In this document: positions 1-9,550 of the stretch, piece after piece | How the letters are laid out: every line of letters begins with the position of its first letter | How positions within the stretch are numbered: position 1 is the first letter of the stretch | IMG/VR virus record: IMGVR_UViG_3300009151_000044 | Coordinates: 1-64,000 of that record | Reading direction: 5' to 3' (one strand) | Source of the DNA: a virus | DNA: 64,000 nt | Made by a program: the position numbers and the translations under genes | The notes under the pieces: generated by a model | Told to the model about the DNA's origin: nothing | The model's database searches: none | The model's input: only the letters and a program-made list of their open reading frames with translations

Positions 1-181
1 AAATTTCTCTTATAAATCAAACGGATTGTATGTAGGCATATTCCATCGTGGTCCTGTAAAGGATACTGATTTACGTCTCTGCTGCCACTCAGAATACCCT
101 GCCGTCACACATCAGAACGGATTCGGGGCACAATATCGGTCGCCTGTGCGGGCTTATTTGACAGTTAAACAGCCTGAATTA
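1..181 (-). other. Non-coding, relatively GC-rich, stem-rich region downstream of the GIY-YIG gene (candidate structured RNA; runs off the window edge)
   Basis: No ORF. Inverted repeats TCCT/AGGA (52-55/60-63), CCGT/ACGG (102-105/117-120) flanked by CCC/GGG (97-99/125-127), and GCACA/TGTGC (128-132/145-149). Confidence 0.35.
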
Positions 182-607
182 TTAGCCTTTGAGTATATGT
201 GAACCATGTACACGAACAGAAATCTGGCCGTTATAATAGTCTTTTGATTCTAGAACTTTGTGGGTAAATTGTTCTCTGGCCTCGATGTAAGAGCATTGCG
301 CCTTGCTTGTGCAGTAATATAGGACTTCCCGAGTGAAGTTTTCTTTGCCTAATTTCAATACGTCAGCATTTAATTCCAGATTTGAACCGTAATAATCACG
401 CCAATCTGAATCAACTTTTGATCGTATTTTCTTTTTTTTCTTAGTGCCGTTCTTAAGTTTAACTACTTTGTAGCTGGTTTTAGCGAACTTGGCTAATTTT
501 TTGCCTATATATTTGCGTCCAGAGATGACATTTGTTATCAAGTACACGAAACCCACACACTCTTCGGGGAGTGTTTCAATGATTTCATTTTGATAAGTCC
601 ATGACAT
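182..607 (-). CDS. GIY-YIG family endonuclease (Seg-like, short)
   Basis: GFVYLITN...KYIGKK is a GIY-YIG motif; YYGS and the E...YYN conserved elements follow. Confidence 0.85.
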   Translation of the reverse strand: MSWTYQNEIIETLPEECVGFVYLITNVISGRKYIGKKLAKFAKTSYKVVKLKNGTKKKKKIRSKVDSDWRDYYGSNLELNADVLKLGKENFTREVLYYCTSKAQCSYIEAREQFTHKVLESKDYYNGQISVRVHGSHILKG

Positions 608-610
608 GCA

Positions 611-877
611 CTAATTAGTGTTGTCAGATGTGCCTTTGTGTTGATTCTGGTTTGCCTTGCGTTTTGCTTTTGCCTGTTTCATATCTTCATTTTTCCAATC
701 TCGCCACTCTTGTACTTTTACACGACGAGCAGAGCAGATGCGCCTAATCTCACTTAACCACCATCGAACATCCATACCTGCTCGCTTGGTGTCCTCGTTG
801 AGCCATTTTTGATTTGCCTTAAAATATTCGCGAAAAGCTGACATGAGTTCATCATGTAGCTGTTCGTCTTTGTCCAT
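611..877 (-). CDS. Hypothetical basic helical protein
   Basis: 88-aa ORF translationally coupled to gp46 (shared base at 877). Confidence 0.7.
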   Translation of the reverse strand: MDKDEQLHDELMSAFREYFKANQKWLNEDTKRAGMDVRWWLSEIRRICSARRVKVQEWRDWKNEDMKQAKAKRKANQNQHKGTSDNTN

Positions 878-2655
878 TACTCAGTAACCTCAAGATCATT
901 GGCATAGCTGGTAAAGCCGTTTTCTTTAATCACACGTAGCACATTGTTTACACGACCAATAAGTTCATCTTTGTGACTGATTAAGAACACATTCTTTTTG
1001 CGTTCACGTGACGTTTTTTTCAGTATGCTTAATGCGCCTTCTACACCGCTAGCATCAAGTCCGTTGTCAATAAGTTCGTCTACAAACAGTAAATTAATCT
1101 GTTGATATAAACTTTCCCACACATCGCGGAACGCTAGAGATAACGATAAAATCAATCTAGTACGTTCGCCACGAGACAAGTTGTCAAAGTCAAGATCCTG
1201 GCCTAATTGTGTAATCTCAACATTAAGATCGTTTAAGAAACTAACGGTATGCGGCAAGCCCATCTTGTCAAGATAGTAAGTCAAACGGTTGTTCAAGTAC
1301 GCTAGATTCTGATCAATAATTTTCTTACGAATAAACGAATCTTTTGATGTTAACAACTTGAGCAAGAACTCTTGATGGTCCTTTAGGGTGCTCAATGTGT
1401 TAATACTATCCCAATTAATTTCTTGTAGAGCAGTATCAGTAAGTTCATCAATTTGTTCTTGATACGGGTCTGACTCACCTGCTTTGATCTGTAACTGTGT
1501 TTCTAAAGTTTTCAAATTATTCTGATGCTTTAGAGCCTGTTCAACAGAGTCGTAGTATGTGTCCGGCCGGACTGTTTGCTCACCTAGCGCAGTAATTTCT
1601 TTATTAATCTTAGCTAGGTCTAGTGTAACTTTATCAAAGTATTTTTGTGCGTCATCCGAGTGAGTCGTAGCCTCAGCAGACATTTCTTCATGTTTATGAT
1701 CACGGAGATCTTGTTCACAAGCGTGGCACTTTTTGTCTTTCAACTTAGCAAGCTCGCTTGCGTACTTTTTTACGCTTCGCTCCGCTTGCGCTATCGCGCT
1801 GTCTAAAGTTGCCCGCTCCTTATTGAGACTCTTGAGCTTGGACGTGCGCTCTTCGTACACTTTTAGTTCAGCATGTTTAGAAAGTTCAGTGTCAATATCA
1901 ACACCTTCTAATTCAATAATAGCACGACCAATTTTTTCTAATTCGTTTTCGTGCTGAGTATTCCATGCGCTTTGTCTAGTCAATAATCCGTCAATACTTA
2001 CCTGAATTTTTTCATTACTTTTCTTTGCGGCTTCTAAATCTGCGTTCTTTTGATAGATGTCATCTTTAGTAGTCTTAATCATTTCTTTAAGTGTTTCTGC
2101 CTTTTCGGATAGCAACGTAACGCCTAATAATTGTTCAATAATAACCCGCTGGTCGTTAGCCCGCATACTAAGAAACGGCTCGGTGTAGGTGTTAAGGGCT
2201 ACAATATGTTTGAACATATCATGCGACATTTCTAATAACTCATCAAGATCTTTTTGTGTTTCACGCATGTCGCCTTGTGCGTCATCAGATTCGTCAGTCT
2301 CTTGCTCTTGATCATTTACATAGAACTTTAGTACGTTAGGTTTTCGTCCACGCTCAATACGATAGTTAGTGCCGTCCTTTTCAAACGTTAATGTAACTAA
2401 CATGCCTTTATTGTTAATCTTGTTAATAAGATTATCTTTTTTAATGTTAGTTAATGCGTTACCAAACAAACTATAACTGAGCGCATTTACAATAGTAGTT
2501 TTACCTGTACCGTTTCTGCTACCGCTGTCATCTCCGCCTTGATCTAAGTTTTCACCTAGCACAAGTGTTAGATTTTCTTGCGCAAAATTTACAGCCTGGG
2601 TTTGATTACCCACACTCATGAAGTTTTTTACTGTTAATTCTTTAATTTTTATCAT
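877..2655 (-). CDS. gp46: Recombination endonuclease ATPase subunit (T4 gp46/Rad50/SbcC-like)
   Basis: KNFMSVG; Walker A NGTGKTT; coiled coil with CHAC zinc hook; signature LSRGE; Walker B LFVDE; ISH. Confidence 0.95.
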   Translation of the reverse strand: MIKIKELTVKNFMSVGNQTQAVNFAQENLTLVLGENLDQGGDDSGSRNGTGKTTIVNALSYSLFGNALTNIKKDNLINKINNKGMLVTLTFEKDGTNYRIERGRKPNVLKFYVNDQEQETDESDDAQGDMRETQKDLDELLEMSHDMFKHIVALNTYTEPFLSMRANDQRVIIEQLLGVTLLSEKAETLKEMIKTTKDDIYQKNADLEAAKKSNEKIQVSIDGLLTRQSAWNTQHENELEKIGRAIIELEGVDIDTELSKHAELKVYEERTSKLKSLNKERATLDSAIAQAERSVKKYASELAKLKDKKCHACEQDLRDHKHEEMSAEATTHSDDAQKYFDKVTLDLAKINKEITALGEQTVRPDTYYDSVEQALKHQNNLKTLETQLQIKAGESDPYQEQIDELTDTALQEINWDSINTLSTLKDHQEFLLKLLTSKDSFIRKKIIDQNLAYLNNRLTYYLDKMGLPHTVSFLNDLNVEITQLGQDLDFDNLSRGERTRLILSLSLAFRDVWESLYQQINLLFVDELIDNGLDASGVEGALSILKKTSRERKKNVFLISHKDELIGRVNNVLRVIKENGFTSYANDLEVTE

Positions 2656-3665
2656 AGGCTGTTATAAATCTCTAATAGCGTATTCTTGTTAAACTGATCA
2701 GAGTCAATATTAATAATTTGACTTGACACAATTTGATCAACTGATTCAAATGCTTGAATGTCGATATTAGTATTAATTTCAATTTCTTTACGTTCGGCAA
2801 TTAACGTAAGTTCTCGGATGTCATAATCCGCAATAAATTTTTCTTTAATAAAACTTGCTTCTTCGTAGGTAATATCGATGTCTAACGCAACTCGTAAATG
2901 TTGTTTAGGTTTAATAATAGTATCAGCTTCGTCAATTAATCTGCTTAATGCTAATGTACGAAATGTCGGTTGATTAGGCCACGAATGAAATACCGGTTGA
3001 CCGCCCCATTCTAAAATCATCATGCCTCGATCGTCATCCCAAGCATCTGAATAGTTATGAGGAAATGCGTTACCGATGTAACACATATTTTCATTCATTT
3101 GACGTTTATGAAAATGTCCGCTAAAGCCCATTTCAAAGCCTTTAAACGCTTCTGCTTGAAGCTCTCCGTGATCAGGCATCTGTACCATTGCGTTCATAAA
3201 GAACTTGGGCAATTCAAAGTGGCCAAAACAATATTTGCCTGTGCGATTTTTAATAGTCTTCCACTCCTCGCCAACTAGCCACGGGCATAGGGTAACATCA
3301 CCAATGGTGGTAACTTCGGGAACTACAGTAACACCGGGAATATATTTGCCAAATTCTACAGAGTGAATATCCCGCTTGTCTTTGTAATATAGATCATGAT
3401 TGCCAGGGAAGAAATAAAATTGATCGAACGCCTGACCGAGCTTTTCCAAGGCCCTAAGGCTATAGTCCATAGTAGTGATATTAAGACTATTGCGATTATG
3501 ATGCCAATCGCCCATAAAAATTCCAACATCACAACCTTCCTCCTTGGCTTTGGCAATGTACCAGTCTACGAAATCCTCACAGTCTTGATTGTGAGTATTA
3601 CTGTTCGACTTCAATCCAAAATGTATGTCTGTAAAACAGGCAATCTTTTTAAACATATTACTCAT
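2652..3665 (-). CDS. gp47: Recombination endonuclease nuclease subunit (T4 gp47/Mre11/SbcD-like)
   Basis: Metallophosphoesterase motifs TDIHFG, GDWHH, GNHD, GHF, SGHFH. Start placed at ATG 3665, overlapping the upstream stop. Confidence 0.95.
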   Translation of the reverse strand: MSNMFKKIACFTDIHFGLKSNSNTHNQDCEDFVDWYIAKAKEEGCDVGIFMGDWHHNRNSLNITTMDYSLRALEKLGQAFDQFYFFPGNHDLYYKDKRDIHSVEFGKYIPGVTVVPEVTTIGDVTLCPWLVGEEWKTIKNRTGKYCFGHFELPKFFMNAMVQMPDHGELQAEAFKGFEMGFSGHFHKRQMNENMCYIGNAFPHNYSDAWDDDRGMMILEWGGQPVFHSWPNQPTFRTLALSRLIDEADTIIKPKQHLRVALDIDITYEEASFIKEKFIADYDIRELTLIAERKEIEINTNIDIQAFESVDQIVSSQIINIDSDQFNKNTLLEIYNSL

Positions 3666-4491
3666 TAGAACTGCTTTCCTCATTGCGTTTTACTGCGGCA
3701 GCATGTTCACCGGCACCTGTGCGCGAGTATGATGGATTCATACCGTTCATCTCAAGAATGTCATCACGGATATTTTGATTACGCTTTTCAATATTAATAA
3801 CACGAACAAAACTGTTGGTCACCGCCGCAGTAAAGTAAGCAAATGGGTTATCACTTTTGCTTTCATCAAATTGTAATCCAATCTGTGTTAACTGTAGAAT
3901 AGCCTGACCCTTCATCTCGTCATTGTATGTGTAGCCACGAACGTTGCCGCGAGTAGCGTACCTCTCACATAATTTTAACATCATTCGTGCTAGAGTTGGA
4001 GTAATTTGACCCGCATCTTTGTCAAATTTGCCTTTTTCAAGATCACCCTTCCAATGGCTTTTACCCACGCAAATTATTTCATCTTCATCGTTAAACTTCC
4101 AATGCTGGAACGGCGGAAAGTTTACTTTGTCTCGGTGATCTGCTAGACTTTTAGGATTCTTTTTACGTACATTATTAAGCGGAATATGATCAAAGGTCAT
4201 GATCCTAAACACAACATCTGTTTTGGCAATCTTTTTATAGTCTACTTCACAGTCTGCTTGTTTGACTTTTTGCCCGTCTTTTTTGCGGGTAGCATAGTCT
4301 AAATCACCTATTCTTTTGGCTTGATTTCTTTTAGCTTCTGCTACTGTACGTATGTTTATTTTGTCCACACTCGGCAAAATAATATCATATTGATGATACT
4401 TTGGATCGGTAAAACTACAGTATGATGTCTTACTTCTGTGTATTTCTAACAACATATCTTTATTGTTTAGATAGTTAACTTTTGCGGTCAT
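3658..4491 (-). CDS. gp55: Late-transcription sigma factor (T4 gp55-like), with insertion
   Basis: NYLNNKDML N-terminus; GYTYNDEM and FDESKSDNPFAYFT motifs; T4-like gp55-gp47-gp46 synteny. Confidence 0.85.
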   Translation of the reverse strand: MTAKVNYLNNKDMLLEIHRSKTSYCSFTDPKYHQYDIILPSVDKINIRTVAEAKRNQAKRIGDLDYATRKKDGQKVKQADCEVDYKKIAKTDVVFRIMTFDHIPLNNVRKKNPKSLADHRDKVNFPPFQHWKFNDEDEIICVGKSHWKGDLEKGKFDKDAGQITPTLARMMLKLCERYATRGNVRGYTYNDEMKGQAILQLTQIGLQFDESKSDNPFAYFTAAVTNSFVRVINIEKRNQNIRDDILEMNGMNPSYSRTGAGEHAAAVKRNEESSSNE

Positions 4492-4512
4492 GGATCATTC
4501 CTATTTTAAGCT

Positions 4513-4541
4513 ATTATAAACTACGCGGTTAATAAAGTCAA
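4513..4541 (-). promoter_or_regulatory. Sigma70-type promoter for the gp55-like gene
   Basis: Minus strand TTGACT-N17-TATAAT, 22 nt upstream of the ATG. Confidence 0.75.
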
Positions 4542-4548
4542 ATAAATA
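4541..4548 (+). promoter_or_regulatory. Late-promoter-like motif (AATAAATA) for the baseplate operon
   Basis: Matches the T4 late -10 TATAAATA except at position 1; 19 nt before ATG 4568; the motif recurs upstream of other late genes. Confidence 0.65.
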
Positions 4549-4567
4549 CTTGCCAAAGGGACATATT

Positions 4568-5569
4568 ATGGCAGTCAATGGACAAAATTTACAATCAACT
4601 ATAGCGGCTACTACAGCAACGTTCGGTGCGGCAACTGCCGCAATTGGCACTGCGCAACGGCTTGGTTCAGCACTATCAAATATAGGTAGCGCAGCCGATG
4701 TTGGTAGCGCAATTCGCAGTATCAATCTTCCAGCGGCAGGTGAAGCAGTTGGTGATATTATGGGTGCTATCTCCATGTTTGGCGGTGGCGGCGATAATCC
4801 TAATGATTGGCGAGTTAAATTAAGCATGCCAAACTGGGTTAGTTTTAAAAATAGTGCTGTGCTTAAACCACTGAAAGATGCGGGAGGATTTATATTTCCA
4901 TACACTCCGGAAATATCAATTAGTAGCACATCAAAATATACCCCAGTTGTTCCGACACACAGTAATTATCCCTTCCAAGCATATCAAAATAGTGATCCTG
5001 GCACAATAACTGTTACAGGAGATTTCAACGTAGAAGACAGTACACAAGCATTGTATTGGATTGCCTGTGTTCACTACTTGCGATCAGTTACAAAAATGTT
5101 TTCTGGATTTGATCCTAAAGCAGGTAATCCTCCTCCAATTGTAAAGTTAAACGGATACGGAGCATACGTGTTTAAAAATATTCCAGTACTAGTTACATCC
5201 ATGAAAGTCACGCTAGGTAAAGAATGTGATTATATCAGTTGTAATGTAGTAGGTAGTGCCGCAGGCGAGCTAGCTGGTATCGCTGATAGTATTGGCGGCC
5301 TTGCTGACGCAGTTGGTGGAGCCTTACCTGGCTTATCTGGTATTACAAGTACGGTAAGTAGTATAGCAGGCGGCGTCGGCCAAGTAGCAAGCCTATTAGG
5401 CAGTTTTGGCCTTGGTGGCTCGACTAGTGGCGGAACAGCACATGTGCCAACAAAGAGTACAATTGTAGTTACATTACAGCCTGCTTACAGTAGAGCAAGT
5501 GCTCGTAGTTTTAGTCTTGATAGATTTGTACAAGGTGGATACATGAATAACTCAGTAGGATACGTATAA
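4568..5569 (+). CDS. Putative baseplate/tail-tube initiator protein (gp48/gp54-like)
   Basis: First gene of the baseplate cluster; IFPYTP, HSNYP, ITVTGDF and GNPPPIVKLNGYG...FKNIPV motifs typical of tube-cap-like proteins; G/A/S-rich segments. Confidence 0.55.
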   Translation: MAVNGQNLQSTIAATTATFGAATAAIGTAQRLGSALSNIGSAADVGSAIRSINLPAAGEAVGDIMGAISMFGGGGDNPNDWRVKLSMPNWVSFKNSAVLKPLKDAGGFIFPYTPEISISSTSKYTPVVPTHSNYPFQAYQNSDPGTITVTGDFNVEDSTQALYWIACVHYLRSVTKMFSGFDPKAGNPPPIVKLNGYGAYVFKNIPVLVTSMKVTLGKECDYISCNVVGSAAGELAGIADSIGGLADAVGGALPGLSGITSTVSSIAGGVGQVASLLGSFGLGGSTSGGTAHVPTKSTIVVTLQPAYSRASARSFSLDRFVQGGYMNNSVGYV

Positions 5570-5570
5570 T

Positions 5571-5873
5571 ATGTCAGCAGTATACACAAACTTTAGCCCG
5601 TGGGCCACTACGGAAATAAAAGAAAATTATCTTGGGGTTCTATCAATTAGAGCAGTCAGCGCCGAGCCCGATGATTTTTTATATACAATAGAATCACAGT
5701 ATACACACCGTCCAGATCTACTGGCATATGACTTGTACGGTGAAGCTTCACTATGGTGGGTTTTCATCCAGCGCAATCTTAATGTGCTCCAAGATCCGAT
5801 ATTTGATTTTGTATCGGGCACAAAAATCTATATTCCAAAGTCTAGCAGTTTAAAAATAGTGTTAGGTCTGTAA
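5571..5873 (+). CDS. Baseplate wedge subunit (gp53/LysM-like)
   Basis: RPDLLAYDLYGEASLWWV...G.KIYIP motif. Confidence 0.8.
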   Translation: MSAVYTNFSPWATTEIKENYLGVLSIRAVSAEPDDFLYTIESQYTHRPDLLAYDLYGEASLWWVFIQRNLNVLQDPIFDFVSGTKIYIPKSSSLKIVLGL

Positions 5874-5874
5874 T

Positions 5875-8097
5875 ATGGGTATTCTTGATTCAGCAACAAC
5901 CGCAGTTTCTGACGTAGCTAACGCCATAACCTCAGGACCAGCATCTGCGCTGTCTAGCGTAACTAATGCTATTTCGGGAGCGTTGGGCGGAGTAGGGTCT
6001 TTATTATCTAGCCTAGGCGGATCAAAACTTCCGCTACCAAACATACTATCTCAATATACCACTTATAACTATGTGTTGAGCATTGGTGTATTAACAACTG
6101 CTGACCTTAATAATCCCGACGCTACTTATATGGCAGGAAAAAATATACCGTTAATTTGTAAGTCAGCAAACGCAGATCCGTCAAACAGAATTGCTACCGC
6201 CTACGGTAAATTTGATTTTTTTATTGAGAATCTCCAACTTCACAGCCAGATGGGATTTCAAAAAAACGCAAATACCAACATTACAAAATTAAGCTTCTCA
6301 ATCACAGAGCCGTTCAGCATGGGAATGTTCCCCATCACCCTTCAAACAGCGGCATTTCAATACGGCTGGAAAAATTATAGAGATGCTCCCTTCCTGTTAA
6401 AAATTGAATTTAGGGGCAACAAAGCAGACGGGTCAATGGCAGTAGTACCACAATCTACTAGATATATTCCTTTCAAATTCATATCAATGAATATGCGTAC
6501 TAGTGAAAAAGGCACGAACTATGACTGTAAAGTTATTCCTTATAATTTTACTGCGCTTAGTACACGGAATTCAAACTTCAAAAGTGATGTATCATTTAAA
6601 GGCGCAACTGTTCAAGAAATGCTACAAACCGGTGAAAAAAGTTTACAAGCAGTGATCAATCAACGACTCCAGCAGATGAAAACTGACGGATTATTGAAAG
6701 TTCCAGACGAGGTGGTTATATTATTTCCAACTAATCCGGCATCGTCTGCCAGTGCTGCCGCATCGTCTTCAAACACTGAATCAAAAGGGTCAGCAACTAC
6801 TAGCGCACCCTCAGGTGGAGGAGGAGGCAAAGGTGAATTACTTAAAAAGTTAGGGATAGCTGAAAGTAAAATTAATAAAACACTAGTACAGCCCGACGGT
6901 GAATGTAATGCTTTAGGAAAAGCAAGTATGGGATTTGGCCTTGATAAAAAGGGTGATCCTGCATTTGGTAACGAAAGTAAACAATGGGACGGTAAAAATA
7001 AAGTATGGGCCCGCGGCAACTCCACTGGCAATATTAAAGAAGGCGAATTTAGATTTAGTCAAGATACTAATATTGTAAATGCTATTAATCAAGTGCTGAT
7101 CAGTAGTAATTATCCATCAGAAACATTAGATCCTGGAAAACTTAGCCCAGAAGGTATGCGAGATTGGTGGATCATTGATGTTCAAACGTATCCGATCGAC
7201 ACAGATGAAAATGATGATTCTACTGGTAAAAAACCCAGCTTGTTTGTGTATAGAGTAATGCCTTATAAAGTTAGCACAGCATCTACTAATCCTCCAAATA
7301 CTGCTCCTCCTGGAATTAAAAACTTAAAAAAACAGGCGGTTAAAGAATATAATTATTTGTATACTGGAAAAAATACAGAAGTTTTAAAATTTGATATCGA
7401 ATTTAATTTAAGTTTTTCAACATTAATGGCCGCTGACGGATTAAAAAGATCTCAGGATGTCCAATTAGGCGCAAATCAAGGATCGGCTGAAGTTAAGAAA
7501 AATATATTAGATCCACAACCAGACGGCCAAAAAGTAGCGGCATTAGCGGGAGTTACACCGACGTCTACAATATTTTCACTAACCTCGACTACAACTGATA
7601 GATTAGGTGGCGGCGGAGCAGACACTCAAGCAACCCGAGCGGCTCGTGTATTTCATGATGCAATTACCAAAGGGGTAGACATGATGAAATTGAATATGGA
7701 AATTTTTGGTGATCCATACTACATTGCGCAAAGCGGGATGGGCAATTATACTTCAAAACCGACGGCATTTCAAAATCTAAATCAAGACGGAACAGTTAAT
7801 CATCAAAACGGCGAAGTTCATATATCGGTGAATTTTAGAACTCCGATCGACATTAATCAAGGAACCGGCTTGTATAATTTTGCTGGATCAACATCTGCCC
7901 CAGTAGTCCAATGGAGTGGATTGTATCGTGTAATAACAGTGATTAGTAAGTTTGAAGGCGGCCAGTTTAAACAAACATTAAGTGGCAACAGGGTACAGCA
8001 ACAAGAAAATCCAAAACCCGGTACAGCAGCCAACACATTTACTACAAGTAACGCAAAACCAGATCCTAAGGATCCTTACGCAGTAGGCGGACCATAA
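5875..8097 (+). CDS. Putative baseplate hub protein (gp27/gpD-like)
   Basis: Lies between gp53 and gp5; C-terminal IFGDPYY...SGLYRVITVISKFEGGQFKQTL hub-type motif. Confidence 0.65.
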   Translation: MGILDSATTAVSDVANAITSGPASALSSVTNAISGALGGVGSLLSSLGGSKLPLPNILSQYTTYNYVLSIGVLTTADLNNPDATYMAGKNIPLICKSANADPSNRIATAYGKFDFFIENLQLHSQMGFQKNANTNITKLSFSITEPFSMGMFPITLQTAAFQYGWKNYRDAPFLLKIEFRGNKADGSMAVVPQSTRYIPFKFISMNMRTSEKGTNYDCKVIPYNFTALSTRNSNFKSDVSFKGATVQEMLQTGEKSLQAVINQRLQQMKTDGLLKVPDEVVILFPTNPASSASAAASSSNTESKGSATTSAPSGGGGGKGELLKKLGIAESKINKTLVQPDGECNALGKASMGFGLDKKGDPAFGNESKQWDGKNKVWARGNSTGNIKEGEFRFSQDTNIVNAINQVLISSNYPSETLDPGKLSPEGMRDWWIIDVQTYPIDTDENDDSTGKKPSLFVYRVMPYKVSTASTNPPNTAPPGIKNLKKQAVKEYNYLYTGKNTEVLKFDIEFNLSFSTLMAADGLKRSQDVQLGANQGSAEVKKNILDPQPDGQKVAALAGVTPTSTIFSLTSTTTDRLGGGGADTQATRAARVFHDAITKGVDMMKLNMEIFGDPYYIAQSGMGNYTSKPTAFQNLNQDGTVNHQNGEVHISVNFRTPIDINQGTGLYNFAGSTSAPVVQWSGLYRVITVISKFEGGQFKQTLSGNRVQQQENPKPGTAANTFTTSNAKPDPKDPYAVGGP

Positions 8098-8098
8098 T

Positions 8099-9550
8099 AT
8101 GGCAGGACTAGATGATCAGTCAACAGAAAAATCAGTAAACCCCGGCGACCAAGCCCCTCCCCGACCCGGCCCCTTCCTAGCAAAAGTTGTCGGAGTACTT
8201 GACCAAGAGTATATGGGAGGACTAACGGTCCAATTAATGAAACCGGGCGGCAATGATGCGGTTGACGGGCAGACAATCCCAGTCAAAATGCTAACCCCGT
8301 TTTATGGTACCACAGGTGTTGGTAATGTAGGAGCCGATCCTAACGACTATAACAATACACAAAAAAGTTACGGCATGTGGTTTGTACCGCCAGATGTAGG
8401 AACAATCGTTCTAGTATTTTTTATTGATGGAAATCCAAAGTACGGATACTGGATGGGGTGTGCGCTCGATGACAGTATGAACTTTATGTTGCCGGGCATA
8501 GCCGCAACAGAAGCAGTTGTTGAGGGTGGTGGACGACTTCCTGTAGCCGAATATAACAAAAAATTAAACGAGCAAACATGTGTAGATACAACCAAAGTTA
8601 AAAAACCAAAACACCCTTTTGCTTCAGTGTTAGAAATACAGGGACTAGTAAAAGATGACGTTCGCGGGATCACAACAAGTAGTGCCCGCAGAGATATTCC
8701 TAGCGCAGTCTTTGGTATATCAACCCCTGGCCCGCTTGATAAGACTCCGGGTTCAAAAACAGGTGATGTTGGTGTAAAAGATAATGTACAAAAAGGAGTT
8801 CCAGTTAGCAGATTAGGCGGCACTACCTTTGTGATGGACGACGGCGATGATAAATTTTTACGTAAAACAAAAGCTAGCGATGGTCCACCAGAGTATACCG
8901 CAGTAGAGCAAGGCGAAACTGGCGGTGATGTAAAAATACCGCACAACGAATTAGTTCGTATTCGAACTAGAACTGGCCACCAAATTTTACTACACAATAG
9001 CGAAGATTTAATTTATATAGGAAATGCGCGAGGCACGACCTGGATAGAGTTGACCAGCAACGGCAAAATTGACATCTACGCAGAGGATAGTATTAGCCTA
9101 CATACTAAACAAGATTTTAATGTGACAGCTGATAGAGATATCAACATGACTGCTAAAGGAAATATTAATCTTAATTCAACGGCGTTAACAAATTTGTCAT
9201 CAACTGGTAATTTTAATATTAACTCAGCCGGTACAGCAAATATAACATCTACAGGAGCAGCCAACGTGAGTAGTGGTGCTGGTGTATTAGTTACTGGTAC
9301 TAGAATTGACCTAAATGGCCCTGCGGCCGCCAAATCAATTAAAGCACCTAGGGCAGTTCGAATACCCCAAGCAGAACCGTGGAAGGGGCATGAGAATCTA
9401 GATCCTACAGCGTTTACTCCGGCCAAAACAAAAGCAGTAGTGCCGGCAGTCGGAGTAACCCCAAAAGACCCAGTAGAACCTACTCCGGCATCATTTGGAA
9501 AATATTCAACAGCCACTGATACATTTAGTAAAATTAAAGGAGCAGAGTAA
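8099..9550 (+). CDS. Baseplate central spike (gp5/VgrG-like: OB-fold plus beta-helix)
   Basis: YGMWFVPPDVGTIVLVFF.DG....GYWMGC OB-fold motif; RTRTGHQILL; 8-residue beta-helix repeats; IDLNG terminus; no lysozyme domain. Confidence 0.8.
   Translation: MAGLDDQSTEKSVNPGDQAPPRPGPFLAKVVGVLDQEYMGGLTVQLMKPGGNDAVDGQTIPVKMLTPFYGTTGVGNVGADPNDYNNTQKSYGMWFVPPDVGTIVLVFFIDGNPKYGYWMGCALDDSMNFMLPGIAATEAVVEGGGRLPVAEYNKKLNEQTCVDTTKVKKPKHPFASVLEIQGLVKDDVRGITTSSARRDIPSAVFGISTPGPLDKTPGSKTGDVGVKDNVQKGVPVSRLGGTTFVMDDGDDKFLRKTKASDGPPEYTAVEQGETGGDVKIPHNELVRIRTRTGHQILLHNSEDLIYIGNARGTTWIELTSNGKIDIYAEDSISLHTKQDFNVTADRDINMTAKGNINLNSTALTNLSSTGNFNINSAGTANITSTGAANVSSGAGVLVTGTRIDLNGPAAAKSIKAPRAVRIPQAEPWKGHENLDPTAFTPAKTKAVVPAVGVTPKDPVEPTPASFGKYSTATDTFSKIKGAE

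Noticed and set aside
182-607. Intron-encoded homing endonuclease
   Set aside because: It does not interrupt a gene visible in the window and I could not identify group I P7 core motifs. It is kept only as a GIY-YIG protein with a possible downstream RNA.
8368-9516. Long antisense or alternate-frame ORFs (e.g. 8368-8997, 9076-9516, 4501-4929, 43291-43752)
   Set aside because: They are shadows of well-supported genes, with no RBS and no recognisable motifs.
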